From Psilocybe cubensis (taxonomy: Eukaryota): DNA of 64,000 nucleotides. A model generated the notes under the pieces. That model had not been told where the DNA came from and ran no database searches. It worked only from the letters and a program-made list of their open reading frames with translations. Position 1 is the first letter of the stretch. The number at the start of each line of letters is the position of its first letter. Of this stretch, positions 33,372-44,660 are shown in pieces. The stretch is from the NCBI GenBank assembly GCA_017499595.2, contig CM038998.1, positions 4,402,001 to 4,466,000 on the forward strand. The letters are read 5' to 3'. The position numbers were made by a program, and so were the translations under genes.

Positions 33372-34475
33372 TCAATTATTCGCGAGATACTCTGTACATA
33401 ACTCCCGTGAGATCCACGGAAAAGCGGGGAGTCTACTTTCATAAAACGAGTTGAATTCCGGACCCATATCGGACTTAGCGATAACACGGTCATCTAGATA
33501 GCGGTGCTCCTCATTATATTGCAGCGTGCGGGCATTTTTATCCCAGCAACGCTCCAAAAAGCTAATCCAATCGGGATATGGTACATTGAGGTAACCTTCT
33601 GAATCCACGTCGTCCGTTATCACAAGCCCAGAAGAGAGCTCTGCTCGGAACTCACCGTCTTCATCCTCGGATCCAGAACTGGGCTCGTCGTCGTCGTAGT
33701 CAGGAATTTTCTGTCGCTCGTGGGGGATGACCGCCGGTTTTTCATTTTCCAACCGATTGGTGACATAGACACATCCGAAGAGTTCAGGTTCGTCTTTATC
33801 AAAGATGAGCCACTCTGTTGAGATACCTTGCCTCCAAATTAAAAGACCGGGGACAAACTTGGCAAAGGGAGTACGCTGCCTATAAACTGGCGCGAGGAGC
33901 TGAGGGGAATGCATTTTGTACGCCACCCAATTAACACCACACCGTCTACTGGGTCTGAAGTCGATGCATGCTACGAGTGGCAGACCAGGCCAGATACAAT
34001 TCACAGTAGCCTTTTCTGGCCATTCGAGAAGCCAAACGCGAAACTCTTCCGGGATTGCCGGGTATTGTGAAAGGAGGGTGTCGATGTACGCCTGTCGGTC
34101 GAACGGCTGGAGATTGTCAACTATCCATGTACGGGTGTCGATAAAATTTGGTGTGTTAACCATCTTTAAATACAGCTCAACTAGACGGCGCCGCACTGGA
34201 TGGATGTCAGCAAGAGGAAGGAGGTGTTGCCACTCTTTGCATACACCACGAGAAAAGAGGTAAGGTTTGATCTCCAAATGTGAGAAAATATGAAGCATTA
34301 TCTCGACAGGAAGTGAATGAAGCGTGGCTTTGGGAAGGGGTAGAGTTCCTTCTTCTGCTTCTGTTTCCTCAAGTAGCAGCTCGTTTCTACCAAATAGAAG
34401 AGTGTGAATACTGAATATTGACCACTGACTGAGATAGTTCAAAAACCCATTGTACATCGAGAGAGCTTGACCCAT
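33372..34475 (-). CDS. F-box protein, copy 7
   Basis: Intronless 367-aa ORF; C-terminal two-thirds very similar to copy 4. Confidence 0.88.
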   Translation of the reverse strand: MGQALSMYNGFLNYLSQWSIFSIHTLLFGRNELLLEETEAEEGTLPLPKATLHSLPVEIMLHIFSHLEIKPYLFSRGVCKEWQHLLPLADIHPVRRRLVELYLKMVNTPNFIDTRTWIVDNLQPFDRQAYIDTLLSQYPAIPEEFRVWLLEWPEKATVNCIWPGLPLVACIDFRPSRRCGVNWVAYKMHSPQLLAPVYRQRTPFAKFVPGLLIWRQGISTEWLIFDKDEPELFGCVYVTNRLENEKPAVIPHERQKIPDYDDDEPSSGSEDEDGEFRAELSSGLVITDDVDSEGYLNVPYPDWISFLERCWDKNARTLQYNEEHRYLDDRVIAKSDMGPEFNSFYESRLPAFPWISRELCTEYLANN

Positions 34476-35001
34476 TTAAGTCTCGCTGTGAGTTTGTGGA
34501 AGTACCAAGTAAGTTCTAGCTTGGAATGGCAGAAGCCGAGTGGACGGATTCCCTTTATAACGTGGTGCGGTGGTGGACGCAAGTCAAGGAATGTTCAACG
34601 AGCCTCGTGTGCGCATCATAGCGGCCATGTGACTCTGACGCCTATATCGGGTGATCCTGACACGCGTCGCGTCGCGCCATGAGTGTAAGAGATAGGGTTC
34701 AGCGAGAATACAGCATTCAATATGCTTTCATACACTTTATGAATACCTAAAGATGTAGAAACTGCCAAAATTTTACCTAGTAATATATTCCACGCACTGG
34801 GAGCCTCAGACTTACGCCACGAACCGCGATTACCATGCAACCTTGCATGATTGGAGTTCAATTACAGAGATAGTGTTCAGATTTAACCATACATTTCACA
34901 ATTTCGATCGCGGAGCTTCGTGGAAGAAGGAGCACATATCAGCTAGACAATTATCCAACATTGGTATCTCTACCGCCAATACGTTACGGACTAGTTCAAG
35001 C

Positions 35002-36188
35002 TCACGAACTTCCACTGAACCTCTTGAACCAATTGATAATACTACGAGCGGATTCCTCTTTGGCCCAACCTAGCAAATAAACAAAAGCAGAAAGCAGTTA
35101 ATACAAGATGGAAAGAAGTGGGGAGGGAGGATGTTGGTTAGGAATACACTTACGCGACTGTTCGACCTCTGGGTCACCACGCGTGGCGAATCCATGGGAC
35201 ACACCCGAGAAGACTTGGACGTGGTAGGTAGCCTTGACCTCAGCCAAAATGTCCTCTGCGCGGCGACGCGATTCGGAGGGGAATGTCTGGTCGACCTCTA
35301 TTCAACAATAATACATGAAAACGGGGTGCATATTTTTTGTTTGTGTCAAATACCTGCGCAGGAGAGCAACAGAGGCTCTGAAGATGCGAACATCAAGTCA
35401 GAAACATGAAAACGGATAGGAATATTTAACTTGAGCTTACTCTTGATGTTCCTGAAATGGTCTTCGTTCAAGAAAGCTGGGTGAGCAAACGCAGCTAAAA
35501 TAAAAGGTGTGAACTCGATGACTCTCGATCAAATATCAATGAATTTTACATGCTACAACGTCATCGGTATTCGCAAGCTCAAGGGCGAATGGACCACCGA
35601 AGCAGTATCCTTGATATGATAATTACCCTTAGCACAAAGAATAGAATTATAGTATAGGGGACGCTTACCAACGGCAGTATACTTTGCGTCAGATCCTGAT
35701 TTTTTTGAGCCCTTTGCTTTGATGAATAGATCTCACTTAAGACTTACCATAGATCTCACGAACAGCTTTGATCCATTTTGGCGTTTCCTCGTTGGCAGCT
35801 TTTCTGGACTTGGCAAACCAGGCATTTCTGTCCCAGTTAGGCTCATCGGTGTGTAGGGAAATGGGATCTCCAAAGAAGTAATCAATTCCAAGCACGTAGA
35901 AACCTATCACAACTTCATACTTTAGTTTCTTCAGAAGTGGCATAATGACGTACCGTTGGACGCAAAGTAATCTTGGAGCAGTTTGGCGTTGATGTAAAAC
36001 GGCCCATAGACGTCGGCAAAGAAGAGAACGACTTTCTTGGGACCTGTAGTACCCTCTGGAGGTTCAGATACATATGTGTCTATATCTGCGATTTTGATAG
36101 TCTTTCCAACAGCATCGCCAAAGTGCTTTACACCTTGAACACAGCAGTCTCCGGGCGGGCCAGCAAGGACAGGAGAGGTGTTCGACAT
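35002..36188 (-). CDS. Dienelactone hydrolase family alpha/beta hydrolase (AIM2-like, multi-exon)
   Basis: MSNTSPVLAGPPGDCCVQGVKHFG, VLFFADVYG, AVGYCFGG, AFAHPAFL, FSGVSHGFATRGDP and WAKEESARSIINWFKRF. Confidence 0.92.
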
Positions 36189-36767
36189 TGTTTTAGCGGT
36201 AGACCTGTTTGCTTGCTGGGTGATATTGCGCGTAGATGTAGGCGGGCGATAAGGCTGCGTGTGGAATCTGCTCCCAGTCGTTATAGTCGGCTTTATACAG
36301 ACAGTGGCTCTGTCGTGAGAAACGAGGTTCGCAAAGCTCGGCTTGAAGGAATGACGAGCTATCACGGAATGCTTGGGTCAGCTGCAAGAATGCATATGGC
36401 TCAAGTGAAAGAGTATATTTGTGGGCAGATCCTCATGATGAAAGAAGGCTTGATAGACACTCAGGCGCAGACGTACATGCGACTTTCAAATTCAACCATC
36501 GATTCATTATTAGGAGTTTCCGTTGTAAATAGGCCCTATGCGTACGCGTTGGTACTTGTAAAATGGTGACCGCGAAAGACGCAGTTGGTTGAACTGCTTT
36601 AGTTGGGTAGAGTCGAAGAGTGAGAACAAGGTAAGGAAACCGCCTCAAATTTTCTCACCTTAATTATATCCCGTTCTAAACCTGCATTCACTCTTTCTCA
36701 TTGCAGTGCTTAGGCAAGGAAACGGCAATCATAGCTGGCGGGAAAATCCGCTGGATTACTATTTCGA

Positions 36768-37856
36768 TTACCACCCAATTCTGAAGTACGCGTATTCGAT
36801 TTCCTCCCCTGATTTGCCGCTATCTGCGTAGCAAACTATTATTTCTTTATGCTTGATGACAAGCCCTTTCCCATCAGGCGGAAATACCTGTTCAATTGTG
36901 TTCGACTCGGCTGAATGCGTGGCGCGCAAGGGGATGATAAGATGGAACGTTGGGTTTGGATTAGACGATGTCGGCTTTCGAAGAAGCTTTTCCAGACACG
37001 ATTTGATCCAAATTGCGTGTTGCGATTCGTATACGATGTCAGCTCCGTAGACAACATCAAAGCCATCCTCAAACACCGAATTTGGAGCAGAGTCGCAAAA
37101 GGTAGACCAATCCAGGTGTTGTGTGGAGACACGAACGTGTTTTTTGCACGAAGCGCGCAGATTTGAATCGAGGTTGTGGGCCAGGTTGGCGAGCACCGAG
37201 GGGTAATAGTCCGTTGCGACCAAATCGACTTCTAGTTTGAAACTTTCGACGCTGTGCAATATCTTGGAAGCTATGAGGCTCACGAGGCCCGTACCTGCAC
37301 CAAGTTCGAGATACCTAAGACGCCCTGCTGGTTGCCGCGACCAAGGAAGAAAAAATGTGTCTGGGTCTTCAGCCATCATCTCTGCCATAATGCAAGCCCC
37401 TCCCCACGTTTGAGCGCCCACACTTGCATAATCCTGATTGTCCAAAGGAACATCCGTCAAATCGACAGTGATCTGTGTCGACGTATCGGCTAAATCGAAA
37501 GTAAATCGACGCGTAACAACGCCAGCCGACGCCGTTCCAGCACATATTGCGAGAAGAGAGGCCGCCTCCTCTACCAAGATTTCTTTGCGACTTTGATTCA
37601 AATGTTCTTCGCTGTCCATTTCCAATTCGCACTGAGACACCAAAGCCGTTAGCCATTTCATCGAGTAACTGCGCTCAAAATCATCGGTTCGCAGGTCATC
37701 AGAAGCGTCTTTTTCCTTGTGAGCTGTTCTTCGTCGAGAACCACGCACTGGTGGATTGTATATCCCCCAAAGGTAACGAACTGCTTTTTCGAGATGTTCC
37801 AGTGGCTGGGTTTCTAACGATTTTATGGGAGGAAGTCGTGAAGTCGGAGGCTGCAT
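36768..37856 (-). CDS. SAM-dependent protein lysine methyltransferase, family 16 (EFM2-like)
   Basis: Intronless 362-aa ORF with VGAQTWGGA, LELGAGTGLVS, VATDY, HLDW and FDVVYGADIVYE. Confidence 0.88.
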   Translation of the reverse strand: MQPPTSRLPPIKSLETQPLEHLEKAVRYLWGIYNPPVRGSRRRTAHKEKDASDDLRTDDFERSYSMKWLTALVSQCELEMDSEEHLNQSRKEILVEEAASLLAICAGTASAGVVTRRFTFDLADTSTQITVDLTDVPLDNQDYASVGAQTWGGACIMAEMMAEDPDTFFLPWSRQPAGRLRYLELGAGTGLVSLIASKILHSVESFKLEVDLVATDYYPSVLANLAHNLDSNLRASCKKHVRVSTQHLDWSTFCDSAPNSVFEDGFDVVYGADIVYESQHAIWIKSCLEKLLRKPTSSNPNPTFHLIIPLRATHSAESNTIEQVFPPDGKGLVIKHKEIIVCYADSGKSGEEIEYAYFRIGW

Positions 37857-38206
37857 ATTTGTGGTGAAAGAACAAGCGAAAATTATTTTCAGCCATCACG
37901 AGTATTCATGGGTATCTGGCCCCTATCTCGGTCATTTTACCCATTTTTGTGAACAAGTTAAGAGTTCATTGGAGTCCTTTAACGATTACTGGCCTTTAAG
38001 CAGACGACATATGATAATCATAATGATAATATGATTTGAGTGGATGATCAAGAAGTAGAAACGACATTGAAGTTGAATTTCGTATCACAAAGTGATTAAA
38101 AAGGCGACATGGGGATAGAAGAAATCGTGTAAAAACATGAAGACATGACAACATAACAAACATAATGCATTTCTAGTTACAGAACCTTTCCAGACATTGC
38201 AAAGGA

Positions 38207-41200
38207 TTAATTTGGAGCAAGAGAGAGTAGCTGAGTGCGGTCTTCGCGAATTCCATATAGTAAAATATAGGAATGGCCCTCAGATTTACGTTTGATGGCT
38301 GCTTCTCGCACAGTTTGAGCATAGCCAGAGTGTTGAGGAGGAAACATAGCCCAGATGACTTTCCAGGCTTCTTCGTCGGTGACCCAAGCAGAACTTCTGA
38401 TCATAGCATCGAAGTGGGCGGGAGAGACATCGACAACAAGAACAGGCATGCCATTCTGGAAAGAATTTTTGATAGCAAGAGCTTTTTCAAAAGCTGAAGA
38501 AAAAGTTATATAAGATATGGCTACACGGGAAATGAAGGAGGTAATCAAAAAACCTTTTTCTAAAAACAACTGTTTCATTTGCTTGCGTTGCTTTTTTGGA
38601 TCCGGGAGCACGAGCTGAACATCTGGCACAACTGCAGTATCCTTGATAACAGGAAGGTTTGGGGCACTTTCGGGAAGAGTAGTGGCACCTGATGTGGCAG
38701 CATCGACTCTCTTCTGATCGGCTATTTGATGTTGAAGCCAACTGACAAGCTCTTGGCGAGACACTATACAGTCTTCAGAAAAAAGAGACACGAGGCTATT
38801 GAAACTACAACTCACAATCCACTTCCGTTCCTTTCAAGATACTTTTAACTTTGAACGCAGGAAGATTTCTTCCAGTACGAGGGCGAGGGTACACAGTAAA
38901 TCTGTATCATGACCATATTAGAACCAGCCCTTTACGAAACGCGAAAACACGTACAAAATGCCCTCTCTGGCACATATATCCAAATGATTTTCATGTTCAG
39001 CATCTGGTAACCCAGATTCATACATAAGATCAGCACTGATGTTATGTTCCCATAGGTATGAGACCACTTCAAGTCGTTCCTGCAGATACCCAGCTTGATA
39101 GGAGACGACATACACGTCGCATCGTCTAGGACTCCAGAACCCAAACGACCGCTCCTCTTTCACCAATGTCTTGATAGAGGCACTTTGATAGGAAGCAAGG
39201 GCAGCAGTAATCTTTTCGACTGCAATTTGGATACCAAAGGCACAAACAGGATCAGGTTTCTGTTTCAGAGATTGGAATCGAGTGATGAGGTTGTCATATC
39301 TGTAGAAGGTATGTATAAGCAAGGGCATTTTCACAGGAAATGGCGTGGCAACTCACCGGCCTCCTGCAGCAAGTACATCTCCCTGTTTGTTCCGCCTAAC
39401 AACTTCAACCATAATACCATCCTTGAAGTGATTATTATGTGCGCCTAACATAAGAGGGTGGAAGTAGATCTGCCGTTTGACTCCTGCAGATTGTGTGTAC
39501 TGTATGGTTTGCCTGACTTCCTTGATCCATGGTTCTAGAATCGTAGCTATGCCTGTGCCCAATTTTTCTAGCCGTAGCACCGTTTCTTCGAGATCCTCCT
39601 CTAAAGACCCACATTAACCACACAAGTAAAGTATCCTTACCAGTCCCAAGTACTCACCAACATCGGACAAAATTTCTAGTTCATCGGCTGTACTCCTAAC
39701 GAGACCCTTCTTCAAAAGAAGAGCACGTTTCTGCATGATTGATGACTTGGGTTGATTGAGAATTTCCGCAACAGCCGCACGGGTTTCAGCGGGGACCCGA
39801 TTCAGCGCTACCTCAATTACTGAATAGACGATATCTCAACAAATGCGCATAGAGTTTACAAAACAAGACGTACTCTTTGAGTGAGATATATGGATATCGT
39901 AGTTCTGAGAAAGATTTGGGAATGTGTCCAAGCAGTCATTAACCACGGAAATAATCTCTGCTCCAGCTGCTAGAGGACCATATCTTAAATCCGGACTGAT
40001 TATATCGAACAACGCAGCTTTCGTGAACTTGGGATGTCCTGGGACGGTACTGGAGGTCAACAAGTCAGATCAGCGGCAGAATGAAGCCCACGATGAAACA
40101 CATACTTTGGCCGATAGACATTGGTGATATGATATCTCTTAATACGTCGAATATTCTGTCGACCAGCCAGCCTTGCAAAAGGCACGAGAATGTTGTTTGG
40201 AAGAGATACAATGTCGCCTTGGCGGTCAATGAAGGTGGCCTGATTTTTCTCCTCTTCGGGATCCATGATCGGCATTAGTAAAGGCGGCTCCATGTCAACT
40301 GCGCCGTGTAAATGAAATATAGCGACTAGCTGATCTTGGACAGTCTGATTTAATGGAGCATAATCAGGAGAATCAACGTCTTGGTCATAGACAACAGCTC
40401 TGGAAAGACGAGGAGGTTGCTTGAAAAGCGTTGCAAGAGCAGTCTGGTGGTGGGTGGTATCAGGCTTCGCTAAAGAACGATGTCGGTTAGTAAGGATGAA
40501 AAGAACAGTAATAAATAAATCGAACCCATTAATCGAAGTGCGTTTTTAAAGTATTCATCCTCCAATCTTTCAGGCAAAAGGGGACTTTGAGAGAGCTCTA
40601 GGGCAGTGGGTCGCTTGTCCGGATCATGTTGCAGCAACCAGGTAATGACTTGGAAAGTATGTCAATGTTTATAGAAACAGATGAAAACTTTAAGGCGCGC
40701 AGACTCTCACTTTCTTTTTGCCTGATCCTGTGTGGATCCCATCCCGCAGGGAATGTTATAGATGGTTTTCGCAGATCCTCCAGGACGGCAATTCTTTCAG
40801 CGCCCGTGTTGAATTGGAAATTCATCTCGAAAAACACAATCTGGAGCTAGTGTCAACAAATCGAAAAGTAGGGCATAAAATTCAACATACCCCTAAAGAG
40901 TACATGTCAGCTTTAGAATGATCTCGGGGACCTCTAACTCGTCGATGAGACTGCACTTCTGGAGCAATGTACAAGCGAGTGCCGACCTCTGAAATATTGT
41001 TAGCAAAAAAACAGAATCAAAAATCCAGTGCTATAAATGTACCCAAAGTCATATCGGCTCCGACAAAGCCAGAGGATGCGGACACATCCGAAGGGTCTAC
41101 TGAAAGACTGGAAGTAGCAAGTCCAAAATCACCGACTTTACAATCACCCTTTATATCTGCGATGAAGAAAGCAGAGGTGAGATGGATGCCATGTCAACAA

Positions 41201-44200
41201 CAAGACAAACATACCTATGAAAATATTCGTCAACTTGATATCTCTGTGCAAGATGTTCATGGTAGACATATGCACTAGAGCATCGACAATTTGCTGGAAT
41301 AGTCTCCAGCCCTCCTTCTCGTCGGCAGGCAGTCCTTCGTCCACTCGCTATCAGATGTTAGATGGTTGAAGATCTACATATTCAAAAAGTCTCACTTCTT
41401 TCAATGTTTGCCGCTCAACGAACTCCTACAGAAAACTAGGTTACACATGAAGACTCAGTTGTACAGACAACGAATATACCATTTGAATATAAAGAGTTGT
41501 CTGAGGAGCTGGGGTATCGGGGGGCAAAGAATTCAATGCCAAAGACGCGGGTCCCGACCTCGATCGAGATTTCGTGGATTTAAACAACCCTCCGAATTCG
41601 TCATCATCTTCGCTGCTACTGGAAGTATCTCCTCCAGAATCCGATCCAACAGAAAAGTGGATACTAGGGAAAGATCCACGCGAGACAGAGATATCATCGA
41701 AATCATCGACATTGAATTGGAATTGACCGTTAACTGGAAGGTGCTTTTCGCTGGTGATTCCAGGGACAGATGTTAAACCTTCCTCCAGTTCTTCGTCAAT
41801 TGATGATTCCGTGCTGGATCCTCCGGATGCTGCGGCTGACGTAGGGTCGGACACCTCAATCCACGTAGTGTAGTATCGAACGATGTTACGGTGGAAAAGA
41901 CGACTTAGAGCGTCGACTTCTCTCTCGATCTTCTTGTCATTTTGAGGGGTTTTGGAGAGGCGGACCTTCTTGACTAAATATGAATTTAGTAGGTGTTATG
42001 ACCGTTCACGAGTAAGACTGAATATTTACCCGCATATATGCGTGAATCGATCTTGTTTCTGGCTTTAACTACAGAGCCAAATGCACCTCTTCCCTATAAA
42101 CAGAAATAAGAATGTCGGTCACTAAATGATTGTTGGATCACACACAAGAAGCTCCAATTCCTCCCATTCCGTCTTCCATCGACTGGTTTGTTTCTCTCTC
42201 GGAGTCAACCTAAAATAGTCGGGGCCTTCAGGTGAACCGTATGGCAGAGTTAAAGGGGTGCGCGGATCTAAACGAAGTCAGTGCCGGAATCTATGCACTA
42301 GGAATATGGAAGAAAGGTACCATGTGAGGCAAAGGAGATTCCGCGACTAGTGACAGGACTCTGGGCCACACCATTGAGGTCAGTCAACAAACTGGCACAG
42401 GTCACCGACCCCTTCTTCGGTGGTTCGAGCATCAACATTATCTGTCGCGCTAACGTGGGTGATATGGATGCTGCACCAAATGACGTGAATAAGCGACGTG
42501 GAAGAAGGACAGAGATATACACGTACAACTGTGAATAGCGCTACCAGGCTCCGAATACCGCTCGCACACATCCAACCCTAACAGCATTTGCATGAACACA
42601 ATGCCTACGTCATGAATATCGCGTTTGCGGGTATACAACAATGCTGATTCGTTGACATCTCGCGAAAGCCAGCCTTCCGGAAGTTTGGGCTCCTCGGGTA
42701 TCGGTGGGGTGTGTGGCCCAAATGAGTTGGAGCGATGCAAATCCAGTAGATAGGTATGGAAAGGGGCTTTGCTGATTTTGACTGTTTTAGGCTGGCTGGG
42801 ATTATCGGTAGACGTTAAGCCAATGCATCGAGTTGTAATTCCTTTGTGAACGAGGCCACTGCAATGGAGGGCATTCAACGCGGTGAGAATTTGAGCGATA
42901 TAGTCCTATCACTAATATGAGTCATCCTTCGAATACAAGGGCTAAACAACGTACAGAAGCACGATCTTCCCTCAGAGAATCACAATCCTCCAGAACATCA
43001 TGCAGTGTCAACGCTGGGGTTTGCTCCGTCAAAACCATAAGCTGAGGAGAGCCGCTGGAGCTCGGCAAATGAAGTTTGACACCGTAGATAGTGAGCAATT
43101 TCGTGTGGCGGATATTGATGAGATTCTTGATTTCTGATTCAAGCTGGGTCAATTTCTTTCTTCCCTGTGATGTTGTATAGTAGTGCTCTTCGAAAGTGAC
43201 AACATAAAGTTCTAATGGGGTGGCGGTGCTGAAGTCGTCCACGACAGGGTCCGCCATGTAAACGAGACCGAGATGTGCTTCCTGGGAGTCAGTATCTCCA
43301 TGCGCCTGATCTGAAGCTATTACTCACATACTCGAGGGTGAAAGACCCTCACTGTGTTGAACTTTACACCATTGATTTCCATGTCGCGGAAAGTCTCCGT
43401 AGGCGTATCGATTTCAACGGTCGCGGGCACTTCTGTAGCCTCTGAATTGGCACGTTTTCGCGCTTTGTATTGTTGCTCCTTCGCCATCATCTGACGCATT
43501 GCGTCTGCCTGTATCTGTTCGTTGAGTTCTTCGGCGGCTCTGGTGGCCCTCTCTTCTTCCTCTGCTGCTTGTTCAATTTCTCGCTGACGTCGTGCCTGTT
43601 CAACATGAGCAAATGGGGGACATTGCAAGAGACCAGGACTTACTCGTTCCTCATCCTGTGCCCGTTGCGTCATTTGCAATGCTAACGAACCAACAACTTC
43701 AACAGGTGGTGTGATATTCTTCTCTATCCAATCTTGACAGAATGTGATAATCTGAAAACAATTGAAGCCTTCGCCATAATGGACTGGGTATAATAGCGTA
43801 CCGAGAAGACCATCTCAAACCCTTTAAGTTTCTGCGCCTCCGAGTTGACTTCCTGCGACAATCGCGAAACTTGGCCCTCATTGATGCCAACGATGGGTTT
43901 TTCGATGGTGAATGTGGGGCATGCGAGGCGTGGATATGTTTTTGGAAACCTGATCGAGAACTTTAGGCTATAGATCCGGTGCAGAGATAACAGTCCCTCG
44001 CTCACTTTACGTGAAGATTGAAATGGATCTTGGACGCATGAATAGGTTCTGGGTGTGACACTCTAATGATGAATTCGTGCAACCTAGCCGCACCCTCGAT
44101 GGGGGTCAGTATTTATAGCCTTAAACAACACTAGAAATCCGGCTGGCTGTCAATAACTTACCTTCCATGCTTTCGGGGGTGGACATTCTATGAAATCTTC

Positions 44201-44260
44201 TGCGTAAATAGACTGCAACGCAGTAATCTCAAGAAGCTGCGAGTCTTCTGTTGAATCCAT
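38207..44260 (-). CDS. GCN2: eIF2-alpha kinase GCN2 (multi-exon)
   Basis: N-terminal RWD domain (EITALQSIY, FPKTYP), pseudokinase region, kinase (LYIQM, LFQQIVDAL, ILHRDIKLTNIF, GDFGLA, GTRLYIAPE) and HisRS-like region (VLAAGGRYD, LWEHNISAD). Confidence 0.95.
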
Positions 44261-44660
44261 GGGGACCTAAATAAGGACGACACTGGTGTTGTTCGGTGGG
44301 TCTTGTGTCTCTTGTTTTAAGGTGGCTATTTTGACAACTTGAAAAGAAGGACAGTCTCCAGGCTTGTGGCCTCAGAGACAGCGAACAAAGATCTTGAGAA
44401 GGGGAGGGCCCAATGGACCTCGGCAACTCAAGTCTCCATGGCTGACGATGCAATAAAATGTGTTGGGTGTAAGAAAGTGAGTGAGCTGAGAAAGGAGGAG
44501 AAAATTTAGTGGCATTGTCTTGAATATATAACATATCTGCAACGTGCCTGATGCCCTACCTCGGTAAAGGGGACAGAAGGAGAAAGAGGCGTCAGTCATC
44601 GCAACGTGTTGAAATAGAACCTTAGACTAGGGTTTATATAGTTGTGATTAGATATCGGAC

